Shown here: piece by piece, positions 28,594-37,270 of the stretch | Layout: every line of letters begins with the position of its first letter | Position numbering within the stretch: the stretch's first letter is position 1 | From: Candidatus Micrarchaeota archaeon | Lineage (GTDB): Archaea; Micrarchaeota; Micrarchaeia; Anstonellales; Bilamarchaeaceae | Assembly: GCA_029557835.1 (NCBI GenBank) | Contig: JAKQHW010000060.1 | Span: 1 to 47,402 of the forward strand | Reading direction: 5' to 3' | DNA length: 47,402 nt | Position numbers and translations under genes: made by a program | Notes under the pieces: model-generated | What the model was told of the DNA's origin: nothing | The model's input: the letters and a program-made list of their open reading frames with translations, nothing else | The model's database searches: none

Positions 28594-29366
28594 TTTTTGG
28601 TCTTTGCGAGGTAATAGTAGAGGGAGGACGCAGAGAGCCCGAGCACCACGGAAAGGAGCCCGAAGAAGAGCATGGGCGGGAGGAAGAATTCCCCTGCCGT
28701 TTCAGAGACCGGGCCCTGGCTCGCGGCCACAAGGTCCTTCTCGAGGAGCGTGGAGGCGCCGTCTTTTGCCATGCCCACCAGGAACGGCGGGAGCAGGAAA
28801 AGGGAGATTGCGCAGATAAGGAAAATTATGAATGAGAATATTGCGGCCGAGGAGGCGGCCGAGAACGCGAGGCGGAGCAGGTCCCTTGAGCCGAAATAAA
28901 GGAATGTGAACGATAGGAACGCGCATATTATGGATGCGGCGAGGAGGGGGAGGAGGCGGGACTGGAGCCGGGCTATCTCGAGCCCGTAATTGACCATTAT
29001 GTCCTCGGACTTTATGGAGATAAGCTCCCGCGCGAGGCGGAGCTGGAGCTCCTGGGTGCTGGTGACGTACCTGTTCTCTATGAGGGAGCATACGTACACG
29101 TCGCTTATTCCCCCGAATTCCATGGAGGCGCCATGGTGCGCCCTGCCAGTGCAATAGGAGGCGGTGTTGTCGTAGGTGAGGGTGCTCAGCTGGGGCTCGT
29201 GCGCAAGCAGGATCGGGACCATCCTCGGCGCATACTGGTTGTATGCCTTCTCGATGATGGACTGCTTGGCCCCGGGAAGCATGAAAATGAGCATGGCGGA
29301 GAAAATGCAGAGGAATGCCATTCCCTGCAGAGCGAATCCCAGCCAGCGTAGCATCAACCTGCGCAT
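28590..29366 (-). CDS. hypothetical multi-pass membrane protein
   Basis: 258 aa with several hydrophobic helices. No motif recognised. Confidence 0.55.
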   Translation of the reverse strand: MRRLMLRWLGFALQGMAFLCIFSAMLIFMLPGAKQSIIEKAYNQYAPRMVPILLAHEPQLSTLTYDNTASYCTGRAHHGASMEFGGISDVYVCSLIENRYVTSTQELQLRLARELISIKSEDIMVNYGLEIARLQSRLLPLLAASIICAFLSFTFLYFGSRDLLRLAFSAASSAAIFSFIIFLICAISLFLLPPFLVGMAKDGASTLLEKDLVAASQGPVSETAGEFFLPPMLFFGLLSVVLGLSASSLYYYLAKTKN

Positions 29367-29404
29367 GTGGAGGGTTTTTATTGGTGGGGATTTTAATTCT
29401 TGGC

Positions 29405-30145
29405 ATGATGGGAAAGGATGTTTCCGTCCGCATTCCTGCGGCAGGCTCCAGGAAGGGGGAGAACGGGAGGGTGCTCATCGTGGCCGGCAGCAGGAAATAC
29501 CACGGTGCTGCGGTCTTCTGCATCCTTGGGGCGAGGAGGTTCGCGGACCTGGTCTATTTCATGCCCGGGGAGAGGGATGGGAAGCTGCTTTTTTCGGTTG
29601 CGGGGGTCCCCGAGGCAATTGTGGTGGATGGGTATCCAGATGCGGACTGCGTGCTTGCGGGCCCGGGGCTGGGGGACGCTCCGCTCAGGCTTGGCGGGCT
29701 TAAGCGGAAATACAAAAAGATCGTTTTGGACGGGGATGCGCTCTCAAAGGTGCGGAAGGGAGGGCTGGAAGGGTGCGTGATAACCCCGCATGAGGGCGAG
29801 TTCAGGAGGCTGTTCGGAATCGATGGGAGCCCGGAGCATGTCAGGGCGATGGCGGAGAAATGGAAGTGCGTGATATTGAAGAAAGGGAAGGAGGACGTGG
29901 TATCAGACGGAAAAAGGATTGAGGTTGTGAAGGGGGGCAACGCCGGGCTCACAAAAGGAGGCACGGGGGACGTGCTTGCCGGGCTGCTCTGCGCCCTCTT
30001 TGCGAAAAATGGCGCGATGGATGCTGCGGTCGCCGCGGCGCGGGCGGGCAAGAGGGCTGGCGAGCTGCTTTTCAGGGAAAGGGGATATGCGTACTGCGCC
30101 TCGGACGTCGCGGAAAGGCTGCCCGAAGCGATGGGATGGAGATGA
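29405..30145 (+). CDS. ADP-dependent NAD(P)H-hydrate dehydratase (YjeF C-terminal type)
   Basis: GRVLIVAGSRKYHGAA, ITPHEGEF and GGNAGLTKGGTGDVLAG motifs. I trimmed the start to ATG 29405. Confidence 0.85.
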   Translation: MMGKDVSVRIPAAGSRKGENGRVLIVAGSRKYHGAAVFCILGARRFADLVYFMPGERDGKLLFSVAGVPEAIVVDGYPDADCVLAGPGLGDAPLRLGGLKRKYKKIVLDGDALSKVRKGGLEGCVITPHEGEFRRLFGIDGSPEHVRAMAEKWKCVILKKGKEDVVSDGKRIEVVKGGNAGLTKGGTGDVLAGLLCALFAKNGAMDAAVAAARAGKRAGELLFRERGYAYCASDVAERLPEAMGWR

Positions 30146-30148
30146 GGG

Positions 30149-31474
30149 TCAGCCCACCTTTATCGATTTTATGCGGATGTGCGGGCCACCGTCGCTCACG
30201 TTCATGGTCTGGCCGTTCTTGCCGCAGAAGCCTGGCTTGAGGCGGAGGTCGTTGCCGACCGCGTCGACCTCCCTGAGCGTCCCTATTATCGTGCCGGTTA
30301 TTGAAAGGTCGCGGACCCTTTCCCCGATGGCCCCCTTCGAAATGAGGAATGCCTCCTCGGCCCGGAACATGTACTGGCCGGTTATCGTGTCAACGCTTCC
30401 CCCGTTCATCCCTTTTACGTAGATTCCATCGCCCACTTCCATGAGCTCTTCAATGGAATGGTCCTTGGGGGAGATGTAGGTGTTGCTCATGCGTACGATT
30501 GGAGGGACCGAGAAATCCTCCGCGCGGGCATGGCCGTTCGGCTCGTCCCCCAGCGATTCCGCGCTCTCCGAGGAATGCATGAAGCAGTTGAGCTTCCCTT
30601 CCTTTATGAGATGGGCGGCCTTCCCGGGCATCCCCTCGTCATCGAATAGGTAGGAGCCGAATTCGCCTTCGAGTCCGGGGTTGTCCCATATGTCCACCAG
30701 TTCGGAGCCCAATTGCATGCCCTTCTTGCCTGCGAGTATGGATGTCCCCTCAAGGATTGCGTCCCCCTCGCACGCATGCCCCACCGCCTCGTGGGCGAAA
30801 ACCCCGGCCATCTCGTTGTCAAGAACCGCCGTGAAGGTGCCGTGTGGGGGAGGGGACGCGGAGAGGGCGCCCAGGCATTTCCTCTTCGCCTCCCCAGCGG
30901 AAAAGATGAGGGCGCCCATGTCCCAGCCCTTCCTTGAGCCCCAGCTGTGGTGCCCGTCCTGCCTTGCGTTGCCATCCTTCCCGATGCAGATGAAGCGGGA
31001 ATAGAGCCTGAGGTAGCTTTCAGATATCATCGCCCCCGCGGAATTGGCATATGCGCGTAAAGTGGATATCTCGGAGAGGCGCACCTGCCTGTTGGAGATC
31101 TTTTCCCCCTCCATCCCGGAATGGAGCTCCCTTGCGGTGGAGAGCAGGGACTCTGCGTCCGGGGCAGGGTGCTCTTTGCCGTTCCCCGGGTGTGCGGGCT
31201 CCCCTTCCCTCCGGGGGTATTTGGAGTTACCGGGTGAGGCCATGGCCAGGCGCTCTGCCCTTGAAAGCAGGGATTCGAAATCTGCAGGCGCGCCTGCGGC
31301 GAAGCCCCAGGAGCCGCCGATGAACGCCCGCACCGACAGCCCCTCGGATGCGCCCTCCTTGCTCTCCTGCTCCCCGTCCTTTATCCCGACGGTGAGAGAG
31401 CTGGTGCTGACGAAGCGGGCGTCGCAGAAGAGTTGTTTCCGCTGGAGCGCGGAGGAGATGCGTTCCAGGTCCAT
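30149..31474 (-). CDS. TldD/PmbA family metalloprotease
   Basis: 441 aa with HEAVGHACEGD and a typical TldD C-terminal region. Confidence 0.85.
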   Translation of the reverse strand: MDLERISSALQRKQLFCDARFVSTSSLTVGIKDGEQESKEGASEGLSVRAFIGGSWGFAAGAPADFESLLSRAERLAMASPGNSKYPRREGEPAHPGNGKEHPAPDAESLLSTARELHSGMEGEKISNRQVRLSEISTLRAYANSAGAMISESYLRLYSRFICIGKDGNARQDGHHSWGSRKGWDMGALIFSAGEAKRKCLGALSASPPPHGTFTAVLDNEMAGVFAHEAVGHACEGDAILEGTSILAGKKGMQLGSELVDIWDNPGLEGEFGSYLFDDEGMPGKAAHLIKEGKLNCFMHSSESAESLGDEPNGHARAEDFSVPPIVRMSNTYISPKDHSIEELMEVGDGIYVKGMNGGSVDTITGQYMFRAEEAFLISKGAIGERVRDLSITGTIIGTLREVDAVGNDLRLKPGFCGKNGQTMNVSDGGPHIRIKSIKVG

Positions 31475-31480
31475 TCCGGC

Positions 31481-31786
31481 TCACTCCTTCGGCCCGAGCA
31501 CGGACCTGTACGCGTCGTACTGTTCCTTGCTCGCGATTATGCAGAAAAGGATGTTCTCCTGGTCCATCGCGCGCATGATGATGTGCTTCGGGCCGGCAGT
31601 TATTATCAGCTCGGTGGCCTCGTCCTTCACCTCCTTCATCAGCGCATCTCCGATGTTGAAGCTTGCGGAGGCCATGCTGTCCACCCCGTCCGGGATGTTG
31701 AAGTTCGAGCCCTGAACCGAGCCGTCCTTGCGTATCACCGAAGCCATTATGCCCGCGGCCTTGAGCTTCTCGAGTATGTCGAACAT
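31481..31786 (-). CDS. Roadblock/LC7 domain protein
   Basis: 101 aa with the typical alpha-beta-alpha pattern (GIMASVIRKDGSV...ELIITAGPKHIIMRAM). Confidence 0.65.
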   Translation of the reverse strand: MFDILEKLKAAGIMASVIRKDGSVQGSNFNIPDGVDSMASASFNIGDALMKEVKDEATELIITAGPKHIIMRAMDQENILFCIIASKEQYDAYRSVLGPKE

Positions 31787-32500
31787 TCAGTCCACCTCAA
31801 CTCCCAGGGGCCCGACCCTTATCGGGACCTCTATCGGGAACTCCGGGCTCGCCACGGATTTCGAGCCCTCGGATATTTTTATCCTGAACTCCTGGTCGGC
31901 GGAATGCCTTATCTGTGTGAGGAACTTGTCGTCGTGCATCCCCTCGTCGACCATGAGGAAGGTGGTTGCGTTGGCGTTCTTGAGCCTCCCGTCCACCAGG
32001 GAAAGGAACTTGAGGAGGGAATCCGGCTGGGAATGGACGGAGAGGGTGGAGAAGGAGTGGAAGACCACGCGGATGCGCTTCCCCTTCATCTGCTCGACCG
32101 CCTCGTTTATGGAAAGGGAGAGCTCGTTGAGGGCGCCCGGGCCGCTTATCTGGACGATATTGGGCACGTGGGGGTTGGGGGCGGAGATTGTCGCGGAATA
32201 GCAGTCCAGGTATTTCACGAGGTCGGAGCGTATGCTTATGCCCATCTCGGATGCGAGCTTCTCAAGCTCCTCCGGGGTCCGGTCGGTGGTTATGTAGAGC
32301 ACCTTCTCCCCGGCCTGTATGCCCGCGGAGACGAAATGGAACGCGAAGGCGAGCTTCTCGTTCCCGCCCGGGCCTATGAACGCGACGAGGGCGGGGTTCT
32401 TGTACCCCCCCTCGAGCATCATGTCGAATTGGGAGATGCCGGTGCTCGCCCGGTTGAGCCTGAGGATCGGGAGGTTCTTGTTTACGCCTAGTTCGTCCAT
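31787..32500 (-). CDS. KaiC/RecA-superfamily ATPase-like protein with degenerate Walker A
   Basis: STGISQFDMMLEGGY and a Walker B-like FLMVDEG are present. The Walker A position reads GPGGNEKL instead of GxxGxGK[ST]. Confidence 0.7.
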   Translation of the reverse strand: MDELGVNKNLPILRLNRASTGISQFDMMLEGGYKNPALVAFIGPGGNEKLAFAFHFVSAGIQAGEKVLYITTDRTPEELEKLASEMGISIRSDLVKYLDCYSATISAPNPHVPNIVQISGPGALNELSLSINEAVEQMKGKRIRVVFHSFSTLSVHSQPDSLLKFLSLVDGRLKNANATTFLMVDEGMHDDKFLTQIRHSADQEFRIKISEGSKSVASPEFPIEVPIRVGPLGVEVD

Positions 32501-32551
32501 GGTGCTGTTTCATTCGGAAAATTTAAAATTGGTGCTAATGTAAATGGTTGC

Positions 32552-33193
32552 ATGGCGGACATGTCCCTTGGGATTGCGGAGTTTCTTGGAAGCGCATATT
32601 CGCAGCTGCAGGCGCAGGTCGGGGTGACCAACGCGAACGTTGCCGTGATGGCCCTCTCCATCGCGGTTTATGCGGCGGTGATCGGGCTTTTTTACAAGAC
32701 CCTGTCCAGGCGGAACATAATAGATATAGACTGGTCGCGGGTGGGGACCGGCTTCGTCTCACAGGTTGTCGAGAGGGTTAAGTTCGCCCTGGAATACATA
32801 ATAGTGTTCCCTCTTGCGACATTTGTATGGTTCATACTGCTCTCCATAGCGCTCTTCTTCATGTCGCAGACAGGGGCCATCGCGGACATGATGTTCATCG
32901 CGATATCACTGGTCGCGGCGACTCGGGTTTGCGCATATTACGACGAGGAGATAGCCGGGGACATAGCAAAGCTGATACCCCTTGCGATATTGGGTGCGTT
33001 CATAGCCGGCTCCACCATGTTCTCCGCGGAGATAATAGAGGACAGGATTGCGGAGATACTGATGCTCCTTGAAAGCGCGCTCCCGTACCTATGGATGCTC
33101 ATGGTGCTGGAGGTCGTGCTCAGGCTGCTGTTCCTGGTGAAAAGGGCGATCTGGCCCGAGAAAAAGGCGCATAAGGCCAAGCCGGCCGCATGA
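32552..33193 (+). CDS. hypothetical membrane protein
   Basis: 213 aa with about five hydrophobic helices. Confidence 0.55.
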   Translation: MADMSLGIAEFLGSAYSQLQAQVGVTNANVAVMALSIAVYAAVIGLFYKTLSRRNIIDIDWSRVGTGFVSQVVERVKFALEYIIVFPLATFVWFILLSIALFFMSQTGAIADMMFIAISLVAATRVCAYYDEEIAGDIAKLIPLAILGAFIAGSTMFSAEIIEDRIAEILMLLESALPYLWMLMVLEVVLRLLFLVKRAIWPEKKAHKAKPAA

Positions 33194-33264
33194 GTTTTCT
33201 GGCTGGACATGGCTAAGCCGGGCAGAGAGCCAGCGCTTATAAATATATAAGCAAATACTAATAT

Positions 33265-33513
33265 GTGAAGATGGGGATATTGAAGGCGCTGGCGGACGAA
33301 ACGCGGCTCCGCATCCTGGAAAGGGTTGCAATGGAGGAGATTTGCGCATGCGAGCTTCCCGGGATTGTGAGGAAGACCCAGCCCGCGGTCTCGCAGCACC
33401 TTTCTGTTTTGCTGGGTGCTGGGCTGGTGCGCATGAGGAAGGACGGGAAGATGAGGATTTACTCGGTTTCGGAGAAGGGAAGGGCAATACTGGGGGATTT
33501 GAAGAAGTGGTGA
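33265..33513 (+). CDS. ArsR/SmtB family transcriptional regulator
   Basis: LADETRLRILE...CACEL...QPAVSQHLSVLLGAGLV is a winged-HTH pattern. A TATA-like cttataaatatataag lies upstream. Confidence 0.85.
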   Translation: MKMGILKALADETRLRILERVAMEEICACELPGIVRKTQPAVSQHLSVLLGAGLVRMRKDGKMRIYSVSEKGRAILGDLKKW

Positions 33514-33517
33514 CTGG

Positions 33518-34729
33518 ATGGCCGGCATCTATGATGGAATAAAAACATTTTTTGGGGTTCCGTTCAACCTTTATCTCGCCATATTTCTCGTGCTGTTGGG
33601 GGCAGCGGCACTGTTGTGGGTGGACGGAGCCCAGGCGGAGCGTGAGGGCGGGGAATTGGCTGTGAACTATTTTTACCTCCCCACCTGCCCGCATTGCGCG
33701 GAGCAAAGGCCAATCCTCGTCGAGCTTGCGGTTGAGATGGAAAACGTATCAATTGCCTTCCATGACGCTTCGACCCCGGAGGGGAGCATGCTGTTCTATG
33801 AGCTTGCGTCCGAGGCAGGGATGGACATCTCCCGCCTAGGGGTGCCGACTACCTTTGTGGGCAGGAGGGCCCTGGTGGGGTTCCACTCGAAGGAAGAGAT
33901 AGCCAGGGAAATAGGGCATTGCATGGAAAACTGCAGGGGGGAGAACGGCGCGGGTGCGGGGGGCAGGCAGGAGCTTGCGACCGGTGCCAGGGAATTCGAC
34001 CTCCCGTTCCTTGGAAGGACCGACCTTACGGCAGTGTCGCTTCCGGCCCTTGCCATAATCCTGGGCATCGTGGACGGGTTCAACCCGTGCGCGATGTGGG
34101 TCCTGGTGTACCTTATCGCCTTGCTGATGAACGTGAATGACCGGCGCAAGTTCTGGATAATCATAGGGAGCTTCGTGCTTGCATCCGGGGTCCTGTATTT
34201 CCTTTTCATGACCGCATGGCTGAACGCATTCCTCCTACTGGGGTACATCCGGGCAGTGACGGTCGCGATAGGGGTTGTTGCGCTCGGCGGCGGGGTGCTC
34301 AGCCTAAAGGAATACTTCACAACAAAGGGGGAGCTCACGTGCAAGGTCGGGGACCTGGAGGCGCACAGGAAAACCGAGGGAAGGATACAGGAGATAATCT
34401 CTTCACCGCTTTCTCCCGCACTGATAATATCCATAATCGCGCTGGCGTTTGTCGTGAATTCGGTGGAGTTCGCATGTTCCTCCGCAATACCCGCGGTTTT
34501 CACCCAGGTGCTTGCAATCAGCGGCATAGGCGTGCTTGAGCAGTATGCGTACATATCCCTCTATGTGCTTTTCTTCATGCTTGACGACCTGGCCATATTC
34601 GGGCTGGCAGGATTTGCGGTCGCTGGGGGGATGGGGAGCAGATATGCCAAATACTGCAAGGCGATTGGAGGGGCGATAATGGTTGCGCTCGGCATGATGA
34701 TGCTGTTTGCGCCAAGCTTGCTGAGGTGA
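33518..34729 (+). CDS. thioredoxin-like (CPHC) domain fused to DsbD/CcdA-like membrane domain
   Basis: YLPTCPHCAEQ CxxC motif, followed by TM helices with GFNPCAMWVL and EFACSSAIP. Confidence 0.7.
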   Translation: MAGIYDGIKTFFGVPFNLYLAIFLVLLGAAALLWVDGAQAEREGGELAVNYFYLPTCPHCAEQRPILVELAVEMENVSIAFHDASTPEGSMLFYELASEAGMDISRLGVPTTFVGRRALVGFHSKEEIAREIGHCMENCRGENGAGAGGRQELATGAREFDLPFLGRTDLTAVSLPALAIILGIVDGFNPCAMWVLVYLIALLMNVNDRRKFWIIIGSFVLASGVLYFLFMTAWLNAFLLLGYIRAVTVAIGVVALGGGVLSLKEYFTTKGELTCKVGDLEAHRKTEGRIQEIISSPLSPALIISIIALAFVVNSVEFACSSAIPAVFTQVLAISGIGVLEQYAYISLYVLFFMLDDLAIFGLAGFAVAGGMGSRYAKYCKAIGGAIMVALGMMMLFAPSLLR

Positions 34730-34734
34730 ATTGC

Positions 34735-34965
34735 ATGAAAATAGAGATACTTGGGATGGGATGCCCTAACTGCAAAAGGCTGGAGGAGAATGCGCGTAAG
34801 GCTGTTTCCGAGCTGGGGATTGATGCGGAGATGGTGAAGGTTGCGGAAATAGAGAAAATAATGGGATATGATGTGATGTCCGCCCCTGCCCTGGTTGTGG
34901 ACGGGAAGGTCGTGTGCTCCGGAAGGGTTCCGGACGTGAAGGAGATAAAGGGATGGTTGGCCTGA
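34735..34965 (+). CDS. small thioredoxin-family protein (redox-active disulfide protein 2 type)
   Basis: MKIEILGMGCPNCKRL...PALVVDGKVV. I prefer the ATG 34735 start. Confidence 0.8.
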   Translation: MKIEILGMGCPNCKRLEENARKAVSELGIDAEMVKVAEIEKIMGYDVMSAPALVVDGKVVCSGRVPDVKEIKGWLA

Positions 34966-35472
34966 ATGGCTGGGAATAAAATTGCATTGGTTTCGTTATC
35001 CGTTGCCCTGCTTTTGCTTTTGGGCTGTGCCGCGGGCGGTGCCCCTGATGGCGGAGCTGCGACGGAAGGCGGGGGAAACGCAGGTGCGGGCAATGCAACC
35101 GGAAACGGGACAGGGGGCATGGCCAATACGGTCCAGAAGGTGGAGGTAATCCATTTCCACGGGACGCACCAGTGCTATTCCTGCATAACCGTGGGGGACT
35201 ACGCGGGGGAGACCGTGAACAGGTATTTTGCGAGGGAGATGGCGGAGGGGAAGGTGACTTTTGCGCACGTGAACGCCGAACTTCCCGAGAATTGGGAACT
35301 GGCCGAGAAATACGGGGTGGCCAGCGCGTCGCTCTGGATCGGGGTTTATGATGATGCTGGGTTCCACAAGGAACAAAACACGAAGGTATGGTACAAAATA
35401 TCGAACCGGGAAGAGTATATGTCCTACCTGAAGGGAATAATAGAGAAAAGGCTAGACGGTGATTTCAGTTGA
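34966..35472 (+). CDS. lipoprotein-type secreted CxxC protein (thioredoxin-like; possibly ArsF-family)
   Basis: A signal/lipobox LLLLLGCAAG is followed by a Gly/Ala/Asn linker and then FHGTHQCYSC. Confidence 0.6.
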   Translation: MAGNKIALVSLSVALLLLLGCAAGGAPDGGAATEGGGNAGAGNATGNGTGGMANTVQKVEVIHFHGTHQCYSCITVGDYAGETVNRYFAREMAEGKVTFAHVNAELPENWELAEKYGVASASLWIGVYDDAGFHKEQNTKVWYKISNREEYMSYLKGIIEKRLDGDFS

Positions 35473-36194
35473 ATGAATTATTCTCCTTCATGGAGGCGAT
35501 GGGCACAAGCGAAATCGCCCTTGTTGCTGCCTTTTTCATAGGGCTGATGATGGCGCTCAGCCCCTGCCCCCTCGCCACCAACATAACCGCGATAGCATAC
35601 ATCTCAAAAAACATGAAGGGCGGGAAAGGGACTGTCCTCCTGGTGGGCGCCGCATATACGCTGGGGAGGATGCTCGCATACGTTGCAATCGCCTCCTTTG
35701 TCGTGTTTGTCGGGCTCAACGTCCAGCTCGTATCCTTGGCCCTGCAGGCGTACGGGGATAAAATCCTGGGCCCGTTCCTCATTATTGCGGGAGTGCTGCT
35801 CCTGGGCATATTCAGGATAACCCTTCCGGGCGGGGGAAAGATGCTGGAAACCGCGAGGGGGAGGCTGGCGCACTCCGGGCTGCTGGGAAGCTTTTTGCTG
35901 GGGGTGGTCTTCGCACTCGCCTTCTGCCCTTTCAGCGCGGTGCTTTTCTTCGGGATGCTCATTCCCCTGGCGGTGGCCGCGGGGGACGGGCTGCTCATCC
36001 CTGCCGCATTTTCAATCGCAACCGGGCTTCCGGTAATCCTGTTTTCGTTCATCCTTGCATATGGCATCTCCAGGCTGGGCGAGATGATGAACGTGGCAAG
36101 TTCGATTGAGAAATACATGCGGATTGCAGTTTCTTTCGTTTTCATAATCGTGGGAGTTTGCTACACGCTGGGCATGACGCTGAACTGGATTTGA
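35469..36194 (+). CDS. DsbD_2/CcdA-like membrane protein (possibly ArsG-family permease)
   Basis: ALSPCPLATNI and FALAFCPFSAV motifs in a six-helix protein. ATG 35490 is an alternative start. Confidence 0.7.
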   Translation: MNELFSFMEAMGTSEIALVAAFFIGLMMALSPCPLATNITAIAYISKNMKGGKGTVLLVGAAYTLGRMLAYVAIASFVVFVGLNVQLVSLALQAYGDKILGPFLIIAGVLLLGIFRITLPGGGKMLETARGRLAHSGLLGSFLLGVVFALAFCPFSAVLFFGMLIPLAVAAGDGLLIPAAFSIATGLPVILFSFILAYGISRLGEMMNVASSIEKYMRIAVSFVFIIVGVCYTLGMTLNWI

Positions 36195-36205
36195 ATGGTG
36201 GCATT

Positions 36206-37139
36206 ATGGGGGTGCTGGAAGATTTCTCGGGATGGGTCGTTTTTGAGAAGCTCGGTTTCGAGGCGGGCGGCGCAGCCGGGGAGGCGCTCAATTTCTTCAT
36301 CTACGACACGATAAAGGTCTTCATCCTGCTCTCGGCGATGGTTTTCCTGGTTTCCCTCATAAGGGCGTCCCTTAGCCCGCATAGGATAAGGCAGATGCTG
36401 GGCGGGGGGAGGGAAGGGGCAGGGAACCTGATGGCCGCGCTCCTGGGCGTCCCAACCCCGTTCTGCTCATGCTCCGCAGTCCCCCTGTTCATAGGGTTTG
36501 TGAAGGCGGGGGTGCCGCTGGGGATAACGTTCTCGTTCCTCATCTCCTCCCCCATGGTGGATGGGGTGGCGATCGCGATGCTTCTGGCCCTGTTCGGATG
36601 GGAGGTGACGCTCATCTATGTCTCGGTGGGCGTGGCTGTCGCGACCGTTGCGGGAATCATCATAGGGAGGATGGGGCTGGAAGGGGGCCCAGGCGGGGAA
36701 CGGGGAGGAAGAAAAAACGGGCTGGAAGGAAAAAATCGCTTTCGCGAAGGCGGAGACTGCGGCGATAGTGACGAGGGTCGGGCCGTATGTGCTCGTGGGG
36801 GTTGGGGTGGGGGCTTTCATCCACGGGTTCGTTCCCGCAGATTTCCTTGCGGGCATCGCAGGGAAGGAAAATCCGCTTGCGGTGCCGGTTGCGGTGCTGG
36901 TGGGGATTCCGCTGTATTCCAATGCCGCCGGAACCATCCCCATAGTTCAGGCGCTCATGGCGAAAGGCATGGCCATGGGGACCGCTCTCGCCCTCATGAT
37001 GAGCATAACCGCGCTTTCGCTGCCGGAGATGGTCATATTGAGGAGGGTGCTCAAGCCGAAGCTGATAGCGGTGTTTGCTGGCATACTTGCCGTTTCATTC
37101 GTGCTGGTTGGGCTGCTGTTCAACGCAATAATCGGGTAG
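36206..37139 (+). pseudogene. ArsP-type (PF03773-like) permease interrupted by a +1 frameshift
   Basis: The N-terminal half (TPFCSCSAVPLFIGF) is in frame 2 up to about 36685. The C-terminal half (EEKKTGWKEKIAFAK...PYVLVGVGVGAFIHGFVP...LFNAIIG, stop 37139) is in frame 0. The switch falls within G-runs at 36683-36700. Confidence 0.7.
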
Positions 37140-37161
37140 ATGGGAGGGGGAGGCCGGGATT

Positions 37162-37270
37162 AACCGGAAACCCGCAACGGGAAACTCTAGATGGGCCCAT
37201 GGAGATTTTTCAAACTGTTTCCGGTCCTCAGTTTCCGGTTTCCCGAAGTAAAAAAGGCGGGTTTCCCGTT
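37162..37270. repeat. att-like module, copy 1 (degenerate)
   Basis: aaccggaaac at 37162-37171. A degenerate tRNA-3'-end-like core tgggcccatggagattt follows at 37192-37208. Inverted motif copies are gtttccgg (37217-37224), gtttccggtt (37231-37240) and gtttcccgtt (37261-37270). The module is homologous to 46141-46278. Confidence 0.45.

Noticed and set aside
1223-32491. Many long antisense or alternative-frame track ORFs (for example 1223-2098, 2420-3118, 4649-5599, 11306-11971, 12403-13182, 16740-17588, 19148-20122, 22759-23892, 26496-27869, 28702-29523, 31433-32491)
   Set aside because: Each lies opposite, or out of frame to, a gene with clear family motifs. They are dominated by Arg/Pro/Gly/His, as expected for shadow ORFs in roughly 60 percent GC DNA.
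36683-36700. Programmed ribosomal frameshift in the permease
   Set aside because: There is no slippery heptamer or downstream structure. A homopolymer G-run indel, whether a sequencing error or a mutation, is the simpler explanation.
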